Assembly: GCA_002245135.1 (NCBI GenBank)
Contig: NGBS01000329.1
Span: 58,729-78,728 of the forward strand
Direction: 5' to 3'
Length of the DNA: 20,000 nt
DNA from: Proteromonas lacertae
Lineage: Eukaryota
The position numbers and the translations under genes were made by a program. Within the stretch, counting starts at the first letter, position 1. Every line of letters starts with the position of its first letter. The notes under the pieces were generated by a model. The model was not told the origin of the DNA. It ran no database searches and saw only the letters and a list, made by a program, of their open reading frames with translations. Shown here piece after piece: positions 1 to 11,610 of the stretch.

Positions 1-864
1 GAACATGCATTTAGTGGAACTAATCAGTATGATATTCAGAAGAAAGTATTGAAGAGTGTCTTTACATATGTAACTCCAGAGAAACAAGGTGAATTCAGTT
101 ATGTATGGAATGAATTATTTTTAAGAATATTCGTTATTAAAAGAGTTAAAAGAATCACTATCCAAGATGTAATGGATATTTTGAAAGAAATCCCATTGTT
201 AAAAACACCTATCAATTTACCAGTTAATCTAGAAACTGTAAAGAATGAAGATTATAGTAAAATGGACGATTGGGATAGAGAATCAATTGATACAAAGATC
301 AATGAATATGTCAATGATGATACAGGATCAACAGAAATGTCTATATCTGGTGGATATATGCATGATGTTGGTTTTGAATATTTGAGTGATAATTTTGATA
401 AAATCAAGACAGTTACAAAGTTAGATATGGCTGGAAACAATATTACTGATGTTGGTGTGAAATACTTTGCTCCAAAAATGAAGTTATTGCCAAATATTGT
501 TGAATTGACTTTGAATGATAATAAAATCACTTCTGCTACTGTTCCTTATATTACTACTTATTTAAAAGAATGTAAATACTTTGAAACTTTGAATTTGAAA
601 GGTAATAAGCTTCGAGATGAAGGTATGAAATATATATGTCAAAGTTTCAAAGATTTACCAAATCTTACAAAATTGAATTTGAGTGAAAATGAGATTAGCA
701 CTGTTGGTATGGCTTATTTCATTCAATATTTACCACAATGCCCAAAGTTATATCATATTGAATTGGAAAAGAATACCTTCTCTGCTGATGAAACTATCAA
801 GAAAGAGTTGATTGAGAAAATTACAGCTGCAGCTGTTAGTAAAGATTTAGAATTGAAGTTATAA
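1..864 (+). CDS. Leucine-rich repeat protein (ribonuclease-inhibitor/NLRC3-like LRRs); 5' end lies upstream of the window
   Basis: Frame is open from base 1 (EHAFSGTNQ...) to TAA at 862-864. About 28-aa LRR units: LDMAGNNITDVGVK, LTLNDNKITS, LNLKGNKLRDEGMK, LNLSENEISTVGM. Confidence 0.85.
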   Translation, partial: EHAFSGTNQYDIQKKVLKSVFTYVTPEKQGEFSYVWNELFLRIFVIKRVKRITIQDVMDILKEIPLLKTPINLPVNLETVKNEDYSKMDDWDRESIDTKINEYVNDDTGSTEMSISGGYMHDVGFEYLSDNFDKIKTVTKLDMAGNNITDVGVKYFAPKMKLLPNIVELTLNDNKITSATVPYITTYLKECKYFETLNLKGNKLRDEGMKYICQSFKDLPNLTKLNLSENEISTVGMAYFIQYLPQCPKLYHIELEKNTFSADETIKKELIEKITAAAVSKDLELKL

Positions 865-929
865 ATACTATATATATTAAAGGATAAATTATTATATTAT
901 AATTATTATTATATTATATTGATATTGAC

Positions 930-1701
930 TTAATTTGTTTCAAGGTTACTTATTTTTTGTTTAAACCTATCTATTTCTGTCTGAATTTGCTGTATTTGCA
1001 ATTGTAAGTCAGATTTCTCACATTGATACTTCGAATCATTTGTTTGTTTTTGTTTTTGTAATGCTTTTTCTCTTTCTTCTAATAGTATTAAATTCTCACT
1101 ATTAGCACCAACTGCTCCTTTCTTTTTACTAATTTCTTTTACTTTCTTTTCTAATACAATTTGCAGTTTTTCTATTACAACTTCTTGGCTTTTTATTGTT
1201 TCTCTATATTTTGGTAAATCAACGAGTTTCTCTTTTAATTCATTCAAGAGAGAGTTATTCTTCTTTATTTGATTGGTTAATTGCTCAATTTTATCACCAT
1301 TTGAACTAGTAGAATATTAAAAAAATAGTAAATAATACGAATGATTCTTTGTTTGTTCATATAAATCAGTTAACCTTTTCATTAGTGTTTCATTTAGTTG
1401 TTTCTGTTCTTTATATCTCGTACCCCAAGCATGAAGATGTATATTATGAAAAAAACTCAAGTAATTAATGATTTTCACAAAAAGATATATTTTGATAGTT
1501 TTTCATGATGAAAATTCTGTAACATATCTTCACTAAATATAGTACTAAAACATAAATCATCTACTTTTGTTTTATTCAGCTTATCTTCAAGAATCTAACA
1601 ATAAATAAATGAAATTATACTTTTATAGTAGTAGTCAGATTTTTAATTTCTTCTTTAGATTCTAAAATCGATTTTACAAGGTATGGATCATAATTACTCA
1701 T
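930..1701 (-). CDS. Multi-exon coiled-coil protein (weak recalled resemblance to the CCDC33 C-terminal region)
   Basis: ATG at 1701. GT-AG introns at 1595-1620 and about 1306-1338, plus a probable AT-AC intron at 1439-1488, give one frame joining ORF 930-1247 (KYRETIKSQEVVIEKLQIVLEK; heptad-rich). Confidence 0.65.
1439..1488 (-). other. Probable U12-type AT-AC intron (50 nt)
   Basis: Minus strand ATATCTTTTTG...AATATAC. Removal restores the frame (HHEKLSKY-LHAWGTRYKEQK). Branch-like TCATTAAT inside. Confidence 0.55.
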
Positions 1702-1865
1702 TTTTAAATTTAAATTCGTTATTATGTAACAACTCTATTTTCAATAATTAAATAAAAGCAACAATATCCCCTCAAAAAACATATATTAAAATAAAATACT
1801 AATTAACTAATAATAAATATATAATATGGACAATAATATAATAATCTTATATACACCAAAGGAAT

Positions 1866-3098
1866 TTATACATCTACACCATCCACATATTCTGTATTAG
1901 ATTTGAACATAGCAACAGATGCTTTAGCAGCATCATAGTTGTTGTTACAATGAGATTTCGAACTTCTCGGGTCATTCGTCAAAATTGGAGAAGAAACTAA
2001 TATAGTCTTCAATGTTCTAGAATGTTTCTTATTTGTCTGACATATTGACGATTCAGAGGAATGTGACATGGATAACATCGGTCGTTGAGGCTTATCACTC
2101 GTTCTATTTATTGGAGGTTCTAAGAAACAATGAGCTGTGCATTTCGATGTATAAATAGTGAATATAAATCGATCTACAACATCTATTGCTGCTGATAAAG
2201 GATCTTCATCATCTAGCAGTGCAAAATCGTATTTATAAGGATGAGGAATATCGAATATATATCGAAATAAACTGTTTAAACAACAATCACTGGGAAACTT
2301 GCTATTATGCGAATTTTGATATTGTACTATCTCATTGAACCTTTTATTTCTATTTGATATCTGTTTACATGCTATTGTACCTACCACATAAGACCTTAAG
2401 GATTTTATAATGTAGTTTATTGGATCTCTGATAATTGGCTCTCTTAATGCCATTTGTTGGATGTTATTGATACAAACTGTTTTATCACTTTCTTTAAATC
2501 TTTCGTAAAATATTCTATATGCATTTACATCATTAGGCTCGAATAAAGAAATCAATTTCTTAAATTGTTCTTCTTTCACTGGAAGAAATGGTGATATTTC
2601 CAAAGAAGCAAGTATTAGTTTAATTGTTTGCGGAGCTGGAAGTAAGCATATTATCATCATCAAAATAAAGTAATTATTCCATACAATTTTGCCTTCTAAT
2701 GGTGCTAGAATAGAAGAAAATATTATATTGCCTTTTAGCTTTTTCAAATTAATTAAACTTTCTGTTAGAATATAATCTGTTCCATCAATGCTAATAAGAG
2801 ATTAAAATAATCTTTCTATACTCAACTCGTCTTTCTCTGAAAAAATCATAAAATAACGCAACCTCCTGGATATTAACTGAGAGATAACAATTAAAATTAT
2901 ACGATGCAAAGACTGAGAAAGTTTTACTGATGCTTTACTTAAAAAAGCATTCAATTTAGGGTATATTTTCATACAGAATGAGTCTCTCTGTCCATATAAA
3001 AATGGAATAACGTATTGTTGAATTACTTGTAATTATATGTAATTTTGACATTCATCATTCTTTTTGATTTTCAGCATTATTACATCAATAAACCACAT
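1866..3098 (-). CDS. Hypothetical protein, multi-exon; start uncertain
   Basis: 293-aa ORF 1866-2747 extends upstream through GT-AG introns near 2791-2821 and 2866-2902 (IDGTDYILTE, RGCVIYDFFRE, IQQYVIPFLYG). No recognisable domain. Confidence 0.6.
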
Positions 3099-3200
3099 CT
3101 ATAAATTGTTTATATTTATTATTTTGATATTCCCAAAACAATTATTAAAAAAATACTAAAAACAATAATAATTTGTCGATAAAAATCTAATAAAAAAAGT

Positions 3201-6200
3201 TTAGAGTGTGAAAATATTCTCATTATCATCATCACCATCATCATTATTCTCATTCTCATTTTCATTCTCATTCTCATTCTCATTCTTTTTTTCTTTCGAA
3301 TTACTACTCTTTGAAGATCTCTTCTTCTCATGATAGTCTTCATCAATTCCTGAATCTTTTGATCTTTTTGATTTTTTCTCTTTATGACTTTTACTTGAAT
3401 TTGATCTTTTTCGTTTTAATGGTTTTTCATCATCTTCGTCATCTTCATCATTATCATCTTCTTCTTCCATTTCCATCTTCCTTTTCTTCTGCCTTTTCTG
3501 TTTTTGTCTTCTATTCTTTAATTTCTTAACTATTTCTTCATCATTTTCTACTTCATTTTCACTATTATCTCCTTCTTCTTCTTCTTCTTCCATTTCTTCA
3601 TTCTTCACTTTCTTTCGTTTTGTTGTTTTCTGTTTCTTTATTTTAATCTCTTTTTCATCATCATTATCATCACTAAAACTATCATTATCTACTTCCATTT
3701 CTACTTCTCTCTTTACTTTTACACTATTATTATTATCTTCTTCTTCTTTAACATTCTCATTGTTTTCTTCTTCATTATTATTATTATTATTATTTTCATT
3801 ATCATTATCACTATAACTACTGCTACTGCTGTAATCATCATTACCATCTTGATAAACTGGATTAGATCTCAACTCTCTCAATTTCATACTATATAAATAC
3901 TTCTTCTCTGTATTCTCACTTGGATTAATTGGAGTCTTTGGCAATTCTGTCCATTGACTCAAATCCAATGATTTCTTCTGTCGCCACTTTACATAATGCG
4001 ACACACATAATGTCTTACTTCCCCATGGACCACAATTCCAACCGCTACTTTGACGTGCACCACAGTATCTGCACCAATCTCCAGTATATTCTTCATATGG
4101 AATATCATAAGCAATTGGACTATCAGTTGGTGGAGGTAAAATATCAGCTTCTGTTTTACGCTGTTTATGATGATGATGGTGGTGATGATGATGATGTTGA
4201 TAAGCTGAATCTATTAATAATATTAATAAATAAAAATATAATATATGATATTATACTTGGTGGTTTTTTATACTTTACTACACCTTCAGGAGCTTTATGT
4301 TTATAACACAATATTCGATGGGGTGAAATTTTCAAACCATCCGAATCACAAAAACAACCAAAATGATATGCATTTGGACAACTAATACAAGTAATTAATG
4401 GTTTCTGTTTACTTGAACATTTCTTACAATAATGAAGAGGACATTTAAATGTATTTGTTCTACTGTTAAATATAGTTTTGGGAAATCTTTTCACACATTT
4501 CTTATGATAATAAACATTACATTCAGGTATACAACATTGCAATATATTCGGCTGGTTGTGTTTACTACTTACCTTCAACTCAGTATTTCTACCACATACT
4601 CTACAGGTATAAATGCTATTCTTACAATTATCACAGAGTATATTATGATCTCGTAATTTACGTGGAACAGAAGTGTCAAATTTGTCTTCATAACACCCTT
4701 TGTGATACATTCTACCACATGGTCCTTTACAGCGAACTATATAATTGTCATCATTGACAGAAACTGTACCATCCTTCTGTGAACTTGGTGGAGTGTATTT
4801 GTAACAAATACAGCACACATCGTCGGAATATATAATGGGGATGCGATGTGGATCTGTCCTTTTACGAGTGTCTTCATTACTATAATCAATAAATAAATAA
4901 GAATATATAATATATATATACATATCAATTAAATTATCCAAATCTGATTTAGACAGTGTATTTATTTGTTGTCTCTTTCTAGTTGGTTTCTCAATTTCCT
5001 TCAACAACTTCGCTGCTTCATTTCTCTGCTCTAATGTAAAAGATTTCTTCATATTTTCCACTTGAGTTAAAACCATCACTAAATTATCATAATATAATGG
5101 ATTTGGATTTCCATCTAATTTCTGCTCAATTATATCATTGGCTAGAGTTCTATATTCATCAATATATGCTTCTATTGATTCTTTACTCTTTGTAGCTGTT
5201 CCATCATCCAATCTACTTAACATTGTCTCTCTACTGTCTTTTCCAAATACTTTCTTCCAGAAATCAGGATCATTCACATCTAATTTTTCATCTGCATTTG
5301 TACTAGCAAAGACAGTCTTATTAAACAGTCTTACGCCACTATTATTATTACTTCCATTATCATTATTATCACCATTAGCAGTAGTATCTTTATTATTATG
5401 ATTTACTATTCTACTTCTACTAGCTAATAATTCATCAATATCAGCTTCACAAAATACTCGGCTTGCTTCTTCTTGTTTTTCATCTTCTATTAATTGATAG
5501 TAAGCTCCTTGTTTTAATAATAATTCAATCTCTTCAGAATCTAATTTTTTCTTATTATTGTTACTTCCACCACTCATAATAGCTTGTTCTAAACCAAGCT
5601 TGATTGAAGCTCGCTGAAATAAAGATGATTCATAAGTATTACGTGTTATTAAACGATATATCTTTACACTCTTCGTTTGACCTATTCTATGACATCGAGC
5701 CTCGGCTTGAATATCATTCTGGGGATTCCAATCACTATCATATATAATGACTGTATCAGCAGCGGTTAAATTAATACCAACACCACCAGCTCTAGTTGAT
5801 AATAAAAATATGAATATATTATTAGCTGGATTGTTAAAACGATTAATTGCATTGTCTCTTAAATTGCCTCTGATTGTTCCATCAATTCTTTCATACTTAT
5901 ACTCGAAGTGAATTAGATATTCTTGAATGATATCTAACATATGAGTCATTTGACTGAATATCAATACTTTGTGATTTTCATTATATAATTTCTTTAATAA
6001 TTTATGAATTAATACCATCTTACCACTTGTATTGATTAATTGGTCATAATAATTATCATCAAAACCTGAACTTGTGCCATTATTCATCATCATATCTCTA
6101 CTATTATTCTCATATATTCTATCTTGCACACCTTCTATTAAATAAGGATGATTACAACATTTTCTCAATTGCATATCTATATTGATCAAGCTTGGAGCTC

Positions 6201-9108
6201 GATTATTGGAGGAAATGCTTGAATGGAAGTTTGATCCTGTTCTTAGAAAATCTCGATTTTTATCATAAATGGCTCTGTAATATTGCTTTTGTAGTGTTGT
6301 TAATTCTACATCAATTATTGTTTCTTCTTTTGGTGGGATTGATTGCTCTACATCTTCCTTCAATCTTCTTAAAACGTATAACTTCAGTATATTCCGAAGA
6401 TTATTCACTTGTTCTACATTATCCATATTACCATAGTCTTTTAGAAATTGATCTTTGTTAGCAAACTTTACTGGAGCTATGAAATTTAATAATGTCCATA
6501 ATTCCGTGATATTATTCTGTAAAGGAGTACCACTTAATAATAAACATTGTTTCCATTTAATTTGATGCAAACAAGCTTGTAGTCTTGTGGTTTGAGACTT
6601 CAATCTTTGAGCTTCATCTACAATCAGCAAAGACCAATTGAACTTTAGGAATTCTGATAAATCAGCTAATACAATTTCATAGGATGTTAGTATTACATCA
6701 AATTTATTGATATTCTCATAAGGGGCATTAGATTCTGTTGGATTGTAATACCATTCATAATATCTTATAACTTCTCTTGTAACTCGAGAATCATGATATA
6801 CCACTACATTTAAATCAGTCCATGATTCTATTTCATTCTTCCAAAATCCCAATGTTGATAAAGGAGCAACAATTAAAATTGGATTTACACATTCAAGCCT
6901 ATGTTTGAATTAAATATGAAACGAATATATTTCTAATAATTATACTTTGTGACTAGATACTGGCAAGTAGCAATACTTTGAACAGTTTTTCCTAAGCCCA
7001 TTTCATCTGCTAATATACAATTTTGATTACTTAAATAATGACGAATAATCCACTGAAATCCTTGACTTTGATAAGGTCTTAATTCTCTATTACCTTTAAA
7101 TGATACTGTTACTATATCTGATTTGTTATTATTATTGGATTGACTAGATAACGGTTGAATTGATTGTAATTTTCTTAGTTTACGTTGAGGAACAGTTGAA
7201 TTTCTACGATAGAATTGTGCTATTTTTATATCATTTTCCAAATCATTTTCTATTTCCCATGTGCTTTCATTATAAGGTAATCCTATCCATTTAACCAAAT
7301 AACTAATAATAAAATAATTCATATATATATATATATACTGCTGTGGTTGTTGATCCTGTGAATCTGAAATTTCATCACTTTCATTCTCATTATTAATATT
7401 TTCTTCATTATTATTATTATCATTATCATTTTTCTCTTTTTCATATTCGCTTATCAAATTCTCATATAATTTATCAAACTGATTATCTAATTCTTTAGCC
7501 ATTACTCTAATATAACACTCTTCATCTTTATTATAGGTTATACAGTTAAATATAATGGTCTTAAAATCATCTCTAAATTCAGAAGGTTGTTTATATTCTC
7601 TATTAATTAACTTTGATTGAATTTTGGACAAATACATTGGATATTTAATTACAGTATAATAATCAGGAGCATTGTCTTTAATAGCATCCACTGGATCAAC
7701 AAATGGAGCTGCGACAACATAATCATTCAATGTTACTTTCATTAAATCTTCCAATAGTTTATTTGCTGAATTGTACCATTGTTGTAGTGGTTGTTGTTTT
7801 TGTTGTTGTTTTATTGGTTTTGATATTGCTAATATTCTATCAACTTCCATATATGATTGTGGTATAAAATCTGATAAATCTAAATAAGGATCATTGTCAT
7901 TCATATAATTATCATTTAAACTTTGAATAAATCTCTATGTATATAATAATACATAATACAAATAAATACATTGTATTTGTTTTTACCTGTATTTCCATCA
8001 TTTAGAATCATATCTGAATAAATCCAACAACAATGTATATAACTCAATTTTTTCCACTTTATTAAATATTCATAATTATCTCTTTCACCTAGATTGGGAT
8101 TTTGTGATAAGAATAATGCATATTTATTATCTATTCATATATAAATTATAAAAAATAATAATATATACTTTCAAATTTCATATCTCTATCATTCAATCTC
8201 AACCTTCTTCCCAATATCTTCTCAATAAATGGTGGTTCATTGTTAATATTATCTTGATAATGATATAAATATTGCAATTCCTCTTGCACTTTGGGTGTTG
8301 GTGTGTTTGTATCATTTGTTCGATTTGTATAATTACCACTATCTGAATCATTAATTGAGGATTTATTATCATTGTCACTATCATCGAATTCTACATCGTT
8401 TGAATCTTCATCTGAATCACTTTCACTATCTGCATAACTTCTATTTAAATAAATAAATAAATATAAAATACATTTTTTTTGTCCTTTCTCTCAATACAAT
8501 TGTAGTTGGTTCTATTACCTCTTTTCTATTTCTTCTCCTTCTTCTTCTAGATGTTGATGATATATAAGCTTCACCATCGTCATCATCATCATATACAGCA
8601 ACTCCTCTATCTTCGTCATTATCATCGTCATCAACGTAATCTTCAATGTAATCGGAGTTATAATCACTACTTTCATCATCGTCATTCTCTGATGGTAGAA
8701 AGTCATCACCGTCGTTGTTATCTTCCTCACCTGAATCCTTTGTTGAGAATAATTTCTTTCTTTTCTAAGTTAAATTATAAATTATAGTTTTATTTATTAT
8801 GTACTCTTTTTGTAGTTTGTTGTACACCCGGTTGCTTTTGATAATAGAAAGAATTTGGATCACATAACGGACAAATGTAACTATACTTGATAATAATGTA
8901 TGGAATACTCTTCTGTATGCAATGCCTCTTGAGTTTGACTTTCAGTTAGATTAAAACATTGAGGATGAATAGCTCCATTGCATTTCAATACAGTAGAATG
9001 ACAAGGAATTATCGGTGTGATATTTGCTTGGTGACAAACACAGCAAGGTGGGTTGCTTACAGGATTGTGTAATGATTGAACAATAGGTATAGTTTCGTCG
9101 ATATTCAT
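3201..9108 (-). CDS. CHD-family (CHD6-9-like) SNF2 chromatin remodeler: PHD - chromo - split chromo with inserted bromodomain - SNF2 ATPase/helicase C - PHD cassette - GATA-like finger - acidic/basic tail
   Basis: Helicase motifs CILADEMGLGKT, LIVDEAQRLK, LLSGTPLQN, FLLSTRAGGVGINL, SDWNPQNDIQAEARCHRIGQ. CHD7-like VELTTLQKQYYRAIY and FCEADIDELL. Chromo signatures YLIKWKKLSYIHCCW and YLVKWIGLPYNESTWE. Bromo PFVDPVD...APDYYTVIKYPM...NCITYN. GT-AG introns at e.g. 8881-8908, 7303-7338, 6899-6945, 4880-4921 and about 4211-4256 join the ORFs in frame. Confidence 0.92.
3224..3285 (-). repeat. Coding microsatellite (ENENEN and poly-D) in the CHD tail
   Basis: (TTCTCA)n and TCA repeats on the plus strand. 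Confidence 0.7.
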
Positions 9109-9379
9109 TGGTAACTATAAGGCTAACACTTTTCGAGTTAAATTAAAAGGAAAAGTAGGGCAATACTATTTAGTTTAGCTAGGAAAATGCACTAAAATGA
9201 AATTTGAAAAATGTGGTGCGAAATTTCGGTATAAAATTGAAAAAAGTAATTTATTTGTTTATGGTTAATTGGGAAATAATATTGTTATGCATACTTGCTA
9301 TAAATTAATAACAAAACATTCTCTATCATATGGAAACAACTGGACACATAATGAAACAGAAAATTATTCTATATAAATA

Positions 9380-10045
9380 TTAATTTAATTTACGTCTTTT
9401 ATTATTACTAATCTTCTTAGCTATATTCACTGTTTTAGTTTCCTGTCTTAATTTCTTTATGTCCATTCTTTCCATGTATTCTTCCTCTGAATTTGCTGAG
9501 ATATTTATTGGTTCTATAGGTTCATCTATATAGTATAATAATTAAAGATTCTTATCTTCAAGAATATTCTATAAAATGATATTGGAGTTAAATCAATGGA
9601 TTTCTTTGAATTCCATTGCACATAATGAACAGTGCACAATTTACCAGGTCCCCAAGGACTTCTATGCCATCCACTAGTCTTTTTAGCACCACAATATCTA
9701 CACCATTTCGCCTAAATTTGATTATATATAATAAATATGGTTAATACTAGTGGATCCCATGTTTGGCTGTGTAAATATTCAACAGTTTGGGTGTAATAAG
9801 CTTCTGTTTTAGGTAATGTCACTTTTGAGGAAACTCCAGCATTTATACCACCCAGTCGTATTTCTCGTACATCAATTGGTTGTCTTGCTTTTCTTCTAAA
9901 GGTTTGAGCTGGTGTATCAACAATGCCGCTATTAAGATATATTATCTAAATACCAATAGTTTATATGTAATTTTCTTCCTTCTTCTTCAGTTTGACAACT
10001 ATATTTTACGTTTTTATTACAGTTATCACAATGAAAAACACCCAT
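9380..10045 (-). CDS. Small zinc-finger protein (N-terminal C2HC-like finger plus CX2CX18CX2H GATA-like finger); missed by the ORF track
   Basis: ATG at 10045: MGVFHCDNCNKNV...LHINYC. GT-AG introns at about 9929-9953 and 9712-9747, then WCRYCGAKKTSGWHRSPWGPGKLCTVHYVQW. AT-AC intron at 9533-9582. Ends NNKRRKLN-TAA at 9380. Confidence 0.8.
9533..9582 (-). other. U12-type AT-AC intron (50 nt)
   Basis: Minus strand CCA|ATATCATTTT...AATCTTTAATTATTATAC|TAT. No GT donor in the interval. Removal gives DLTPYIDEPIEPIN, collinear without gaps with DLSQWTELPKTPIN of the paralogous CHD domain. Confidence 0.8.
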
Positions 10046-10151
10046 TAAAAAAAAACTTTCAAGCCAAATGAGTTTGACATTTTATTATGAAAAAAGTGAA
10101 TTAAATCTACACACAATAACATTCAATTAATATCATACATTATATAGGATA

Positions 10152-11610
10152 TTAATTCGTATCTGGAAGAGGTGGATGAGGTGGAACTGGTTTATTTTCT
10201 TCACAAATTGATCTTGGTAAAATACCTCTATATCCTAAATAATCTTCAATATAATAATCAGATATGACATAAATTACAAATAATATAAAAGGGACAATAC
10301 ATGGATGTTCTAATTAAATAAATAAAGAGATAATCACATACGAAGAAGCGCATGATATTTATCACACAACATTTTGAAGTCTGCTATGCTATAACAACTA
10401 TCCAGAGATGGAATAAATGAACACTAAAAATAAATATATATAATTAATATACTTTTGGATCTTTTGTATTATCTACATCATTACAACATTTATTAAATGT
10501 TTCATGAATTGCATAAACATTTACTCCATCTGGAATATACAGCATAAATATCCAAACTGACAATCCAACAATGTATAATGATAAACAAGAATAACCAGCA
10601 CTGTTTTTGGCTTTTAATTTTATATGAAATATCTTCATAAATAGTGAAACACTGGATAAATATAAAGCTGAAATGAGATGGCATAATGGAAATGTTATAT
10701 TCATAACACCATATCCAACATAGAAATATTTGACAAATATGTAAATGGAATAACCTAAATAACTAAATGAACCAATCTATAATTAAAATAAGAAAATAAT
10801 AACAACAAAATATACGAGAAATAAATATGGTAAAAATATAGCAAGGAATGTGACATGACAAGGTGATTGTTCTTTGATATACATTACATCAACTGTTTCA
10901 TCATAAAAATACGTCAAAACAGCAAATAACTATTTAAAAAAATAATAAAATATGAAATATACTGTTGACATTATTATCAAACATAAATCTATAGTAATAG
11001 TTGCTCCTGTATTCCAATTTCTGAATTTTGCAAACTTTACAAAGTCTGTATAATTACTCAGATAATTTGGATGTTCAACAAAATGACACTATTGTAAAAA
11101 AACAAAAATAAAATGATTTAAAAAAATACATAACTTTCCTTTACATTTGTTATATTTATACAAGTGTTGTATGTTGTTTTTAGATCTTTTGTTGATGGAT
11201 TAAACAGAAAATAGGCTCCAATAACCATTACTGCAGTTACCATTAATATACTTACCAAAACATACTGAATTACTTTTCTATTGCTAGAAGGATAATATAT
11301 ATAGTATATCCACATTAAAATGGTCATAATAAATAAAACAGTACAACAAATAAATAACGCAATGGTTAGATAAATATTTAGTAAATGATAGCCTAAATGC
11401 ATATAATAAAATTACATACCGACTTTATTATAATAAATAAAACGATATAATAGGCATGCATAAGCTGGAACAAATAGTAACTGTAATCAACATAAACAAA
11501 AAAAAATATACCAGCGCTACAACTGCAGACACATTGCTGGTGAATTTAGCAGTATAATTCATCTTCATCTTACCTGAGTAAGTGATATCTGGTAATAACT
11601 CTTCTTGCAT
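10152..11610 (-). CDS. Multipass membrane protein (about 8 TM, two repeated halves), unknown function
   Basis: ORFs 11428-11610, 11118-11402 and 10444-10704 join in frame through seven short GT-AG introns (e.g. 11089-11129, 10424-10452). Long hydrophobic segments. Ends PPHPPLPDTN-TAA at 10152. Confidence 0.75.

Noticed and set aside
3020..3035. In-frame TAA here and in the transposase as evidence of stop-codon reassignment
   Set aside because: Most genes in the window end in TAA, and long conserved ORFs lack internal TAA. A 24-nt GT-AG intron or a later start explains this case.
4165..4256. ORF-track C-terminus of the helicase (SIISYIIFLFINIINRFSLSTSSSS) and other YIYIY-type hydrophobic patches as TM helices
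   Set aside because: These are read-through of AT-rich introns (about 4211-4256, 4880-4921, 7303-7338).
3119..6461. Small overlapping ORFs (3119-3346, 3311-3529, 3929-4306, 4432-4656, 4737-4928, 5138-5401, 6192-6461)
   Set aside because: Alternative-frame or antisense artefacts of the CHD gene and its low-complexity regions.
8199..8787. ORFs 8199-8384, 8515-8730 and 8551-8787 as separate genes
   Set aside because: Off-frame readings of the acidic CHD linker exons.
11390..11450. ATATCGTTTT as another AT-AC donor
   Set aside because: Two canonical GT-AG introns (about 11481-11511 and 11394-11419) explain the frame; the motif is coding (LLYRFIYY).
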